A DNA stretch of 64,000 nt. Source: Planctomycetota bacterium. Lineage in GTDB: Bacteria > Planctomycetota > JAJSAM01 > JAJVHW01. Made by a program: the position numbers and the translations under genes. Positions within the stretch are counted from its first letter, which is position 1. Each line of letters starts with the position of its first letter. This document shows, piece after piece, positions 24,775 through 35,354 of this stretch. A model generated the notes under the pieces. The model had not been told where the DNA came from. It did not search any database and was given only the letters and a program-made list of their open reading frames with translations. The DNA lies in the NCBI GenBank assembly GCA_965248445.1, contig CBDFJG010000003.1:320001-384000 (forward strand), given 5' to 3'.

Positions 24775-27645
24775 ATGCGCCATCGACTTCTTGCGCGCCG
24801 CGTACTCGGGCAGCCGGCACGACACGTCCGTGTCGTAGGCGCTGCCCTCGCAGCGGGACTGATCATCACTTCGTTCGTCAGTCTTGACGATGCGGATGCT
24901 GCGCGACGTCGCCGTCGCAGGGGGCGCGCGCTCGCAGTTCAGCTCATCAACCTGGACGGCAGGTCGAACGTACCTGGCAACGCCGTGGTCGAAGTCGTCT
25001 TCAACACGAAGGTGCGTGAAGACACGATCAACCACTCGCAGTTCCAGGTCCGCGAGCAGAACGCGACGCAGACCGGGTTCACGAAGCAGATCTTCGGGAA
25101 CTTCCAGTACCTCGGCAACGTGGTGCGCTTCTATCCGCGCCTGCCCACGCATCTGCGCGACCCATCCAGCCCCACGAACGACTTCTATCCGTTCGGTGCT
25201 CAGCAGGACAACGCGTCGGAGAACGCTGGACTGCAGCCCGCGAAGAACTACCAGATCCGGCTGCTCGGCAAGGGCAGCATCGCACCCCTCCGCTCGTCGC
25301 GGGGCCGCGTGCTGCGCAAGAACATCACCGCGAACTTCACGACCGCCGCGGCGACCGATCCGGAAGAGCACTTCACGACCACCACGTACACCGCCTCGCC
25401 GCCTCCGCGCTTCGCGTTCTCGAACCCGCCGGACAAGACGCCCGGTGCGCAGTCGGACCAGTACGCGGCACGTGGCGGCGCCCCCGGCGTCGCGTCCGAC
25501 ACGGACATTGCGGTTTTCTGCACGAACGTCCCCATCGCGCCGACGACGGCTCGCATCCAGGGCAACATCTCGCTCATGCTGCTCGAGCGCGACGGTGACC
25601 CCAGCATCCGCCGCCCGATCGACGGTGTGGTTTTCCTCGAGCAGAACTTCAACACGACACTGCTCGTCTTCAAGCCGCACTTCCCGTTGCCGGACCGCTC
25701 GACGGTCGGCCTGCGCATCACCAAGAACGTGCTCGACCTGACCGAGCAGTTCGATTTCCAGCCGAATCGAGGGCGCGAGACGCTCCGTGCGATCTACGAC
25801 TGGCTCACGCAGGCGCGCGCCGGCAACCCCGGCCTGCCCGCCGACCAGCTCGACGATCCTCCGGTCAACCTGATCGGCGACTGGCCTCCTGCCAGCGACA
25901 CCATCGGGCGCGGCATCCTGAAGACCAACATGCTGGACCTCGGCGACAACCGGCCCGACGAGATCGACCCGCGCATCCACGTGCTCTTCAGGACGCGCGA
26001 CGAGCTGGTCACCAACGCGGAGCTCGTGATCAACTTCACGAGGGCCGAGAACCTGTACGACGGCACGAGGTCGACCGCGGAGTGGGACGGCTCGGTGCCC
26101 AGCGCGGCCGCCGCGATCCTGACGATCGCAGCGGGCAGCGCGGCAGACGGCGACTTCAAGCCCACCACGGACGTCACGCTGAACATGGACACGTACGCGG
26201 ACAGCACGGCGAACTTCCGCGACGTCGTGATCCCCCAGGGTGTCGTCGTGACCCTCGTCGGTTCGCGTCCCGCGACGATCAAAGCGGTCAACATGACCGT
26301 GAGCGGCACCATCGACGGCAGCGGTCGCAACGGCACCGATGCTGTGAACCAGAGCAATCTCGACACCTCGACGCCCGCGCGCCGCCTCGGCGCGCTCGGC
26401 AACCTCGGCGGTGGCAAGGGCGGCGACACGGCGACGACGTTCCCGGCAGGGGGCACGCCGCCGACGACCCACTCCGCCACCGAGAATGTGCGCGGTACGG
26501 GCTACGCCGGTTCGCCCGGGCATGACTTCGACGGCGTGGTGGCCGCACCCGACGACGGCGGTCGCGGCGGCCTCAGCAGCCGGGCCGGCATCGGGTCCGC
26601 GTACAACTTGACCGGCGGTGGCGGCGGAGGCGGTGCCCGCACGGCCGGAGGCACGGGTGATGCCAACCCCTACAGGACGACCGCGTGGAACGGAACGGGC
26701 GGCGTAGGCGGTGCCGGCTCCACGAACGACGACGTCGACCCGCTGGTCGGCGGCGGAGGCGGTGGACCCAGTGCGAACGGCGCGTACCACTCCGAGAACT
26801 GGAAGAGTGGCGGCGCGAGCGGCGCGAGCGGCGGCGGCGCGATCCGCCTGCAGGCGGCCCGCGTGATCGTCGTCAGCAGCACCGGCATCTTGAGGGCCCG
26901 CGGCGGAGTCGGCGCGAAGGGCAACACCGCGGCAACCTGGACCACCGGCGCATCGGGCGGCGGGGGCGGCGGCACCGTGCATCTTCGCAGTTTCGCCGGC
27001 TTCAACATCGCGGACCCGTCGTCCATCGACGTGCGTGGTGGCGCCGGCGGAGTCAACCCGAACGTGCAGAGCTGGGTCGCGATCAATGCCGGCGGGGGAG
27101 GCGACGGCTACATCCGTCTGGACGACCCGAACGGCGGAGTGGTCCTGCCGAGTGGCACGGCGGGCCTGTTCGACCCGGTTGGCGGCGGTGTGCCGTCGTT
27201 CGTGTGGTCGAAGTTCGCGGACCTGGGCGTGGACGGCACGCGCATCCTGAACTTCACCAATTCCGACATCGTCACGAACCCGACCACCAACGATGCGATC
27301 CTCATCGAGATGCAGATGACCCGGGAGCACCCGTCGATCTTCGGCGAGCCCGATCTCACCGCTCTCAACTCGTTTGGCGACACGACCAATCCGGGCATCA
27401 CGTCGGACTGGCGCGCGGTCAAGATCCACGACAACACCGACTCGGTCATACCGGCCTTCGTCGTCCCCGGTTGGGACAAGGGCACCGACGGTGCCGAGAC
27501 GACGTTCCCGATCGAGGACCTGACCGGGCAGGGCTTCCGCTTCGCGCGGTTCCGCATCTTCTTCCAGCTCGACGATTTCCACTCGCGTCTGGATCCGCTC
27601 CCGTTCGTGGACAAGATCACCATGCACTTCCAGTTCAACTTCTGA
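24775..27645 (+). CDS. large secreted protein with Ig-like domains and a Gly-rich region
   Basis: SD GAGGAG, signal peptide ending DADA, then RRRRRRGR, Big_5-like segments (VEVVFNTKVREDTI...VRFYPRLP; LVFKP) and a long GG-rich stretch (GGGGGGP...GASGGGAIRL...GGGGGGTVHL...GGGGDGYIRL). Confidence 0.8.
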   Translation: MRHRLLARRVLGQPARHVRVVGAALAAGLIITSFVSLDDADAARRRRRRGRALAVQLINLDGRSNVPGNAVVEVVFNTKVREDTINHSQFQVREQNATQTGFTKQIFGNFQYLGNVVRFYPRLPTHLRDPSSPTNDFYPFGAQQDNASENAGLQPAKNYQIRLLGKGSIAPLRSSRGRVLRKNITANFTTAAATDPEEHFTTTTYTASPPPRFAFSNPPDKTPGAQSDQYAARGGAPGVASDTDIAVFCTNVPIAPTTARIQGNISLMLLERDGDPSIRRPIDGVVFLEQNFNTTLLVFKPHFPLPDRSTVGLRITKNVLDLTEQFDFQPNRGRETLRAIYDWLTQARAGNPGLPADQLDDPPVNLIGDWPPASDTIGRGILKTNMLDLGDNRPDEIDPRIHVLFRTRDELVTNAELVINFTRAENLYDGTRSTAEWDGSVPSAAAAILTIAAGSAADGDFKPTTDVTLNMDTYADSTANFRDVVIPQGVVVTLVGSRPATIKAVNMTVSGTIDGSGRNGTDAVNQSNLDTSTPARRLGALGNLGGGKGGDTATTFPAGGTPPTTHSATENVRGTGYAGSPGHDFDGVVAAPDDGGRGGLSSRAGIGSAYNLTGGGGGGGARTAGGTGDANPYRTTAWNGTGGVGGAGSTNDDVDPLVGGGGGGPSANGAYHSENWKSGGASGASGGGAIRLQAARVIVVSSTGILRARGGVGAKGNTAATWTTGASGGGGGGTVHLRSFAGFNIADPSSIDVRGGAGGVNPNVQSWVAINAGGGGDGYIRLDDPNGGVVLPSGTAGLFDPVGGGVPSFVWSKFADLGVDGTRILNFTNSDIVTNPTTNDAILIEMQMTREHPSIFGEPDLTALNSFGDTTNPGITSDWRAVKIHDNTDSVIPAFVVPGWDKGTDGAETTFPIEDLTGQGFRFARFRIFFQLDDFHSRLDPLPFVDKITMHFQFNF

Positions 27646-27671
27646 TCTGGGCAGCACATAACTGACACTGA

Positions 27672-27701
27672 AGCGCCCCGGGCCTTGCGGTCCGGGGCGC
27701 T
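27672..27701 (+). terminator. hairpin terminator candidate
   Basis: AGCGCCCCGGGCC-TTGC-GGTCCGGGGCGCT just after the stop at 27645. Confidence 0.6.
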
Positions 27702-27814
27702 CTGCGTTGGCGCACGCGCTTTCCGTCCCGGACCGTGCGGCCTCGCGTATCCTGCGGCCCCCCCCCCCGGGACCTCGTTCGCGATCCGTGCCACCGTTCC
27801 CCCGGAGACGCCGC

Positions 27815-29092
<1,278 letters not shown>

Positions 29093-29274
29093 CCGCGCGC
29101 TGGTCTCGAGCCACCCGGGCGCCGCGGGGGCCGGTGAGCGCCTGTCCGGGTAACTTGACCCCCTCCTGGGGCAGGCCTACGCTGCGCGGTTCATGTTCGG
29201 CTCCGTGCGGATTCTCCGCCCGGTAGCGCTCCCCGTGGGCCTCGTTGCGAGGCCCACTCAGCGACCACGCTCCG

Positions 29275-30702
29275 ATGTTCGAATCGCTCACTGAACGACT
29301 GCAGACCGCATTCTCGAAGCTCACCCGCAAGGGGGAGCTGGCCGAGTCCGACGTCGACGAGGCACTGCGCGCGGTACGCACTGCGTTGCTGACGGCCGAC
29401 GTCCACCTCCAGGTCGTGAAGAAGCTCGTTGCCGACATTCGAGCGCGCGCGGTGGGCGAGAAGGTCCTCGAGTCGGTCCAGCCCGATCAGCAGGTCATCA
29501 AGATCGTCCACGACGAACTCGTGAGACTGATGGGCGGCGACGATGCGGCAGCGTCCATGCCGGGTGCGGAGATCTCGCTGAACTGGTCGCCGCGCGGACC
29601 GACCGTGATCTTGATGGCGGGGCTGCAGGGCGCCGGCAAGACGACCACGTGCGCGAAGCTCGCGCGCTTCCTGCGATCGAAGGGCCGCAACCCGTTGCTC
29701 GTCGCAGCCGACATGCAACGTCCGGCCGCGGTCGAGCAGTTGCGCGTACTCGGCAACGAGCAGGACATCCCGGTGCACTGGGAACCCAAGGGGCGTCCTC
29801 CCAAGATCTGTCAACGCGCCGTCAAGGCCGCGCAGAAGAACGGCCAGGACGTTGTGATCCTCGACACCGCCGGACGGTTGCACATCGACCGCGAGCTGAT
29901 GGACGAGGTCAAGGACATCGCCGATCGCGTCTCGCCGCACGAGATCTTCCTCGTGCTCGACAGCATGACGGGTCAGGACGCGGTGAACTCTGCGAAGGCG
30001 TTCGACGAGTCGCTGCCGCTCACCGGCGTGGTGCTCACCAAGATGGACGGCGACACGCGCGGTGGCGCGGCTCTGTCTGTCCGCGCCGTGACGGGCAAGC
30101 CGATCCGGTTCATCGGAACCGGCGAGAAGCCGGAGAACCTCGAGGCGTTCCACGCCGACCGCCTCGCGTCGCGCATCCTCGGGATGGGCGACGTGGTCTC
30201 CCTGGTGGAGCGCGCCCAGGACGCGATGGAGCACCAGGAGGTCGAGAAGACCGCCGAGCGCCTCTTCGCGGGCACCTTCACGATGGAGGACATGCTCCAG
30301 CAGTTCGAACAGGTCGAACGCATGGGCCCCATGAAGGAATGGCTGGGAATGCTGCCCGGGATGGGCAGCATGATGGCCGAGCAGGATGTCGACGAGAAGC
30401 CGCTCGGGCGTGCCAAGGCGATGATCCTCAGCATGACGCCGGCCGAGCGCCGGCAACCCGACACGATCGACCACCCGCGGCGACGCCGCATCGCGCGCGG
30501 GAGCGGGACTTCGATGGACGAGGTGAACCGTCTGTTGAAGAGCTACAAGCAGATGCGGCAGATGATGAAACAGATGACGTCGGGCGGCGGGCTCATGAAC
30601 AAGGTCATGGGTAGCCGGTTCCGCAAGGGCAAAGAGAAACAGCTGCAGGAGTTGCGCCGGAAGGGCATCAAGCTCAGCGACCTCGGGATGGGACCGGGGT
30701 AG
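29275..30702 (+). CDS. ffh: signal recognition particle protein
   Basis: GLQGAGKTT, DMQRPAA, DTAGR, TKMDGDTRGGAALS, RILGMGD, and a Met-rich M domain with SMT..ER and RRRRIARGSG. Confidence 0.97.
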   Translation: MFESLTERLQTAFSKLTRKGELAESDVDEALRAVRTALLTADVHLQVVKKLVADIRARAVGEKVLESVQPDQQVIKIVHDELVRLMGGDDAAASMPGAEISLNWSPRGPTVILMAGLQGAGKTTTCAKLARFLRSKGRNPLLVAADMQRPAAVEQLRVLGNEQDIPVHWEPKGRPPKICQRAVKAAQKNGQDVVILDTAGRLHIDRELMDEVKDIADRVSPHEIFLVLDSMTGQDAVNSAKAFDESLPLTGVVLTKMDGDTRGGAALSVRAVTGKPIRFIGTGEKPENLEAFHADRLASRILGMGDVVSLVERAQDAMEHQEVEKTAERLFAGTFTMEDMLQQFEQVERMGPMKEWLGMLPGMGSMMAEQDVDEKPLGRAKAMILSMTPAERRQPDTIDHPRRRRIARGSGTSMDEVNRLLKSYKQMRQMMKQMTSGGGLMNKVMGSRFRKGKEKQLQELRRKGIKLSDLGMGPG

Positions 30703-30736
30703 CGGCGCACACATCAGCGAAGTCAGGAGACATGTC

Positions 30737-31048
30737 GTGGCAGTCAGGTTGAGATTGACCCGCAGGGGTCGCAAGAACAGGCCGTTCTATCGCGTTGGCG
30801 CCTTCGATTCGCGCACGCGGCGCGACGGACGCGCGATCGAGTACCTCGGTCATTACGACCCGCTCGTCGAAGAGTTCGAGAAGAGCGTGAGTCTGGACAT
30901 GGATCGCGTGGCGCACTGGATCGAGCACGGCGCGAAGTGCTCTGAGACCGTTGCGTCCTTCATCAAGCGCAAGGGCTACCCGCTCGCGCGCAACGCGAAG
31001 ACGTCCGGGATGAAGTCGAAGGGCAAGGCCCCCAAGAAGGCGAACTAG
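30737..31048 (+). CDS. rpsP: 30S ribosomal protein S16
   Basis: MAVRLRLTRRGRKNRPFYRV...DSR..RDGRAIEYLGHYDP, with a Lys-rich tail. Confidence 0.96.
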   Translation: MAVRLRLTRRGRKNRPFYRVGAFDSRTRRDGRAIEYLGHYDPLVEEFEKSVSLDMDRVAHWIEHGAKCSETVASFIKRKGYPLARNAKTSGMKSKGKAPKKAN

Positions 31049-31053
31049 ACCAG

Positions 31054-31938
31054 ATGACGGCATCTCCGAAGAAGCGCATGGGTGACCTGCTCGACCGGCT
31101 CGAGGCGGCGTACGGCAGCCTCGTGCCGTCCGAGGACCCAGTCGAGGCGGGCCTGATGACGCTCCTCGCGGCGCACGCCCCGAACCTGTCGACGGTGCAG
31201 ACGCGGCAGGCCCTGCGTGAGTGGTTCGTCGACTGGAACGAGATGCGCGTCGCCGATCCGTGGGACATCATGAACGCGATCGGCGCGAACGGCGACGGCG
31301 CAGCCAGGGCATTCGCCAGGGCCGCGGTGAAGTGCCTGCGATCCCTGCACGGTGTGCTGAACCGGTGCAAGTTCGATCTGGTCGAAGCGGATCCGGAGTC
31401 CGACGTCGCGGCCCTCGTGGCGCGGATGCGCGGCGCGCCCCCGGCGACGAAGGTCGTGATGCTCGCCGTGCTCGCGCGCGACGGGACATGGAGGCCGGAC
31501 AAGGAGACCTCCAAGCTGGTCCAGAAGATCGGTCTGTCGCCGAAGACGTCGTCGCTGGCCAAGGTCGGGCGCGCGCTGGCCGAGCAGGCCGCTGAGGGCG
31601 ACCGCATGCGCGCGCACTACCTGCTCGCACGGTACGCGCACCGAAGCTCCGACGACGACGACCCGCTCGCACCGCGGCGCAAGAAGGCGGCCGCGAAGAA
31701 GGCGGCCCCGCCCAAGAAGAGCGCAGCGAAGAAGACGGCCTCGAAGAAGACCGCACCTGCGAAGAAGGCGCCCGCGAAGAAGCCGGCTGCCAAGACGAAG
31801 ACCGCGCCCAAGAAGAGCGCAGCGAAGAAGGCCCCCGCTTCGAAGAAGGCGTCTGCCGGCAAGAAGACGACGGCCCGCAAGAAGACCGCGCCGCGGAAGT
31901 CGACGTCGCGCAGTGCCTCCGCGCGCAAGAGGAGCTGA
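31054..31938 (+). CDS. HhH-GPD/endonuclease III-like domain fused to a histone H1-like Lys/Ala/Pro-rich tail
   Basis: N-terminal FVDWNEMRVA motif in a helical domain; the last ~85 aa are KKAAAKKAAPPKK-type repeats. Confidence 0.7.
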   Translation: MTASPKKRMGDLLDRLEAAYGSLVPSEDPVEAGLMTLLAAHAPNLSTVQTRQALREWFVDWNEMRVADPWDIMNAIGANGDGAARAFARAAVKCLRSLHGVLNRCKFDLVEADPESDVAALVARMRGAPPATKVVMLAVLARDGTWRPDKETSKLVQKIGLSPKTSSLAKVGRALAEQAAEGDRMRAHYLLARYAHRSSDDDDPLAPRRKKAAAKKAAPPKKSAAKKTASKKTAPAKKAPAKKPAAKTKTAPKKSAAKKAPASKKASAGKKTTARKKTAPRKSTSRSASARKRS

Positions 31939-31946
31939 CCGCGAAC

Positions 31947-32531
31947 GTGGAGCGCGCGCTGGTGCTGGCATCCGCTTCACCTCGTCGTCACGACCTCCTC
32001 CGCACGCTCGGCGTTGCGTTCGAAGTCGAGGAAGCGGGCGTGGACGAACGTCACGCGGCGGCCACGCCACCGATCGAGGTGACCCTCGAACTCGCCGAAC
32101 GGAAGGCGCGCGCGGTCGCGGCTCGGCGGCCGGACGCCCTCGTGCTGGGCGCCGACACCGTGGTCGTTGCTCCGACCGGCGAGATCCTCGGTAAGCCGCG
32201 AGATGACGACGACGCCCGGCGCATGCTGCGCCTGCACTCCGGTGCGACGCAGCAGGTGGTGACCGGCGTCGCCTTGCTCGGACCAGGCGTCCGGGCGGCC
32301 GAGGCCTCCACGACGCGCGTGAGCATGCGCGCTCTCGACGACGCGGAGATCGACGCGTACATACGCAGCGGCGAACCGTTCGGCAAGGCGGGTGGCTACG
32401 CAATCCAGGAGACCGGAGACCGCTTCGTGACGTCGATCGACGGATCCCACAGCAACGTCGTGGGGCTGCCGTTGGAGGTCGTGCGGCGACTGCTTCGTGA
32501 GGCGGGAGTCCCGCTCCCCGCGATGACATGA
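31947..32531 (+). CDS. maf: Maf family nucleoside triphosphate pyrophosphatase
   Basis: LVLASASPRR, KA, GADTVV, LGKP, KAGGYAIQ and NVVGLP. Confidence 0.93.
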   Translation: MERALVLASASPRRHDLLRTLGVAFEVEEAGVDERHAAATPPIEVTLELAERKARAVAARRPDALVLGADTVVVAPTGEILGKPRDDDDARRMLRLHSGATQQVVTGVALLGPGVRAAEASTTRVSMRALDDAEIDAYIRSGEPFGKAGGYAIQETGDRFVTSIDGSHSNVVGLPLEVVRRLLREAGVPLPAMT

Positions 32532-33064
32532 GGTCGTGCATCCTCCTTGCTGCACTCGCCGCGTCGCTCGCCGCCTGCGGCAACGACGAGTCCCCCGAGC
32601 CCGATCCCCCGATTCGAGTCACGCCCGTGGACCCGCAAGGTGCCGCGCGGCTGACGGTGCTGCCACACGGAACCGCGCCCGCCGACGGGGTGCGGCCGGT
32701 GGTCTACGTGGATGTGGCCGCGACCCACGAGGCGCGGCGCCGCGGATTGGGCGGCCGCGACCACCTCCCCGCGTACGCCGGCATGCTCTTCGTCTACCGG
32801 CAGGCCGCGCTCAGGACGTTCTGGATGAAGGACTGCGCGATCGCGCTCGACATCGCCTACCTCGACGACGACGGCCGCATCGTCAGCACGGCCACCCTCG
32901 GTCCGGGCACCGGCGTTCCGCCCGAGGATGTCCCGCGTGCGCACTCGGCAGCACCGGCGCGGTTCGTCTTGGAGGCCAACGCCGGGTTCCTGGCCCGCCA
33001 CGGCGTGGGCAGCGGTGACCGCGTGGACGTGACGGCCGCCACGGAGGGCGTCGAGCCCGAGTGA
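32528..33064 (+). CDS. DUF192 family lipoprotein
   Basis: Lipobox LAAC; RRRGL..R...GMLFVY...FWMKDCAIALDIAYLD...FVLEANAG. Confidence 0.88.
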   Translation: MRSCILLAALAASLAACGNDESPEPDPPIRVTPVDPQGAARLTVLPHGTAPADGVRPVVYVDVAATHEARRRGLGGRDHLPAYAGMLFVYRQAALRTFWMKDCAIALDIAYLDDDGRIVSTATLGPGTGVPPEDVPRAHSAAPARFVLEANAGFLARHGVGSGDRVDVTAATEGVEPE

Positions 33065-33200
33065 GCCGGGCCGAGCCGGGGGTACCGAGAGGGCCGTCCG
33101 CTGCCGATGATCAGGGAGAGAGCCGCGCGGGTGGTTCGGCACCGCTGATTCGGTGTACGCGTGGCCTCGTGCGGGGGGCCGGTCCTCCCGGGAGGTACCT

Positions 33201-33659
33201 GTGACATCGCTCCGCTCACTTGCGATGGTCGGCTTCATGGCCGTCATCGCATGCACGCTGATGTACCTGTTCACCATGAAGCAGGTGACGGACACCGGCG
33301 GCCCCGCCATCGCGAAGAAGGTCGGCGCCATGCTGTCGCGCAGCCTGGCGGCCGAGGCGCCGGCGAAGATGACCGTCTACAAACAGGGCACCGGCTCGAG
33401 CACGCGCCGTCACTACGTTCTGACGCTGACGCCTTCGGAGGCGGTGGCCGCGAACGACAAGGCGGTCATCCGGCTGCTCAGCCGCGCCGCGGAACTCGTG
33501 ACGTACGAGCTCGGTGCGCCGAAGAAGAGCGTCACGATCACGTGCGTCGCGCGACTGTCCGACGACGAACGACGCGCGTCGTTCGACATGTACGGCCGGC
33601 CGACCGAAGAGCCCGCTGCCCCCGCCTCCGCCTCCGCCTCCGCAGACGCGGGCGGCTGA
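33201..33659 (+). CDS. membrane-anchored hypothetical protein
   Basis: SD GGAGG before GTG 33201, N-terminal TM; the stop overlaps the next ATG. Confidence 0.65.
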   Translation: MTSLRSLAMVGFMAVIACTLMYLFTMKQVTDTGGPAIAKKVGAMLSRSLAAEAPAKMTVYKQGTGSSTRRHYVLTLTPSEAVAANDKAVIRLLSRAAELVTYELGAPKKSVTITCVARLSDDERRASFDMYGRPTEEPAAPASASASADAGG

Positions 33660-34639
33660 TGCGACCGGCCGCCCCGGTCGTCGATCTGCACGCCGACCTG
33701 CTGTGGCGGACTGCGGAGGGCGGCAAGGACCCGTGGGCGCACTGCGACGGCGAGATGCTCGATCTCCCCCGCATGCTCGCGGGGGGGCCGTCGCTGCAGT
33801 GCTTCACTCTCTACACGCCCGGTGAATACAGCGGCGCCGATGCTACGCAGTACGCCGAGCGGCTCCACGGCATCTGGAGTGACGTCGTCACCCGTGGCGA
33901 GGGGCGACTCGGATGGGTGCGGTCGCGCGCGGATCTGTCAACCGTGACGACCGCGACGCTCTGCGGCATGCTCACGATGGAAGGCGCGTCTCCGTTGCGG
34001 GGCGAGATCGCGATGCTCGATCACTTCTTCGAACTCGGAGTCCGCTCTCTCGGTCTGACGCACAACCCCCGCAACGAGGCGGGGGACGGATGCATGGTTC
34101 CGGCCGCGGAACGCTGCGGACTGACACCGTTCGGGCGCGAACTCGTCCGCCGGTCGGCGGAACTCGGTGTGCTGCTCGACGTGGCCCACCTGGCTCCCGA
34201 GGGGATCGCCGATCTGCTCGACGAGGCGGCGCGGACGCCGCAGCAACCTCCCGTCGTTTCGACGCACACCGGCTGCAAGGCGCTCACCGAACACCCGCGG
34301 AACCTCACCGACGATCAGCTGCGCGGGCTAGCCGCGACCGGCGGGCTGGTGGGCATCACGCTCTACCCGCCTCACATCCGGATCGCGGGCCGGGAGGACT
34401 CGTTCGAGAATGCGCTCGACCACGCCGCGTACGTCGCAGAGGTCTGCGGTATCGAGCACCTGGCCGTGGGAGCCGACCTGGACGGGTTCAGTCCGCCGGG
34501 CCTCCCGGGCGGAGGCGACACGCCCGCGTGTTATGCCCTATTCGAGCAGGGTCTGGCCTCTCGTGGGTTCGGCCCGGACGACGTGGCGGCGGTGCTGGGC
34601 GGCAACGCCCTGCGCGTGCTGTCGATCGTGCTGAGCTGA
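33659..34639 (+). CDS. membrane dipeptidase (peptidase M19, amidohydrolase fold)
   Basis: VDLHAD, TMEGA, GVRSLGLTHN, LDVAH, STHT...HPRNLTD, GADLDG and LGGNALRV. Confidence 0.9.
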   Translation: MRPAAPVVDLHADLLWRTAEGGKDPWAHCDGEMLDLPRMLAGGPSLQCFTLYTPGEYSGADATQYAERLHGIWSDVVTRGEGRLGWVRSRADLSTVTTATLCGMLTMEGASPLRGEIAMLDHFFELGVRSLGLTHNPRNEAGDGCMVPAAERCGLTPFGRELVRRSAELGVLLDVAHLAPEGIADLLDEAARTPQQPPVVSTHTGCKALTEHPRNLTDDQLRGLAATGGLVGITLYPPHIRIAGREDSFENALDHAAYVAEVCGIEHLAVGADLDGFSPPGLPGGGDTPACYALFEQGLASRGFGPDDVAAVLGGNALRVLSIVLS

Positions 34640-34762
34640 GCCCGCACCGAGGCACGGGGGGGGCGAAAGACTTGGCCCCGCCGGGTCCCTGGGTACGCTG
34701 GGCGGCTTCATTCGGGGAGTCCGGCCGAAGTGCGCCGCGGCAACCTCCGGAGAGGAGTCGAG

Positions 34763-35230
34763 ATGAAGCAGGGCATCCACCCCAAGTACGAAGACTGCCA
34801 CGTCAAGTGCGGTTGCGGCGAGACGTTCGTGACCCAGTCGACCGCCAAGGAGATCAAGGTCGACATCTGCTCGGCGTGCCACCCGTTCTATACCGGCCGA
34901 CAGAAGTTCGTCGACACGGCGGGCCGCATCGAGAAGTTCAACAGCAAGTACAAGGGCTTCGATTCCAGCGCCGAGTCCGAAGCGGAAGTCGAGGCGGAAG
35001 CCGAGTCTGCGCCGAAGCCGAAGCCGAAGGCGAAGGCGAAGGCGAAAGCCAAGCCCAAGGCAAAGCCCAAGCCGAAGCCGAAGGCCGAGGAGAGGGCAGA
35101 GCCGAAGGCAGGGGCGAAGGCAGAGGCGAAGGCAGAGGCCGAGCCGGTGGCGGTGGCGGAAGCAGCGGCCGACGACGCGGCGCCCGCGGCCGACGCCGAG
35201 TCCGACAGCAAGCCCGACTCCGAGTCCTAG
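34763..35230 (+). CDS. rpmE: 50S ribosomal protein L31 (Zn-binding type) with a long low-complexity C-terminal extension
   Basis: [34 protein letters not shown], then a ~85-aa acidic / KP-KA / acidic tail. Confidence 0.95.
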   Translation: MKQGIHPKYEDCHVKCGCGETFVTQSTAKEIKVDICSACHPFYTGRQKFVDTAGRIEKFNSKYKGFDSSAESEAEVEAEAESAPKPKPKAKAKAKAKPKAKPKPKPKAEERAEPKAGAKAEAKAEAEPVAVAEAAADDAAPAADAESDSKPDSES

Positions 35231-35241
35231 CTGCGCTCTCC

Positions 35242-35279
35242 CCGGCCCCGCTGCAGTGACCGTGCTGCAGCGGGGCCGG
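35242..35279 (+). terminator. hairpin after rpmE
   Basis: 15-bp perfect stem CCGGCCCCGCTGCAG / CTGCAGCGGGGCCGG. Confidence 0.6.
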
Positions 35280-35310
35280 TCGATTCACGCGGGCGTTGAT
35301 ATGACGAACG

Positions 35311-35342
35311 GTCATGAGGTCATGAGGTCATGAGGTCATGAG
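35311..35342 (+). repeat. perfect tandem repeat (GTCATGAG)x4 in the prfA leader
   Basis: Four exact 8-bp units; the last overlaps the prfA SD GAGGAG. Confidence 0.95.
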
Positions 35343-35354
35343 GAGCAGAGCGCA

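Noticed and set aside
29093..29274. SRP RNA or other ncRNA upstream of ffh
   Set aside because: The conserved SRP domain IV sequence (CAGG..GGAA..AGCAG) is not present.
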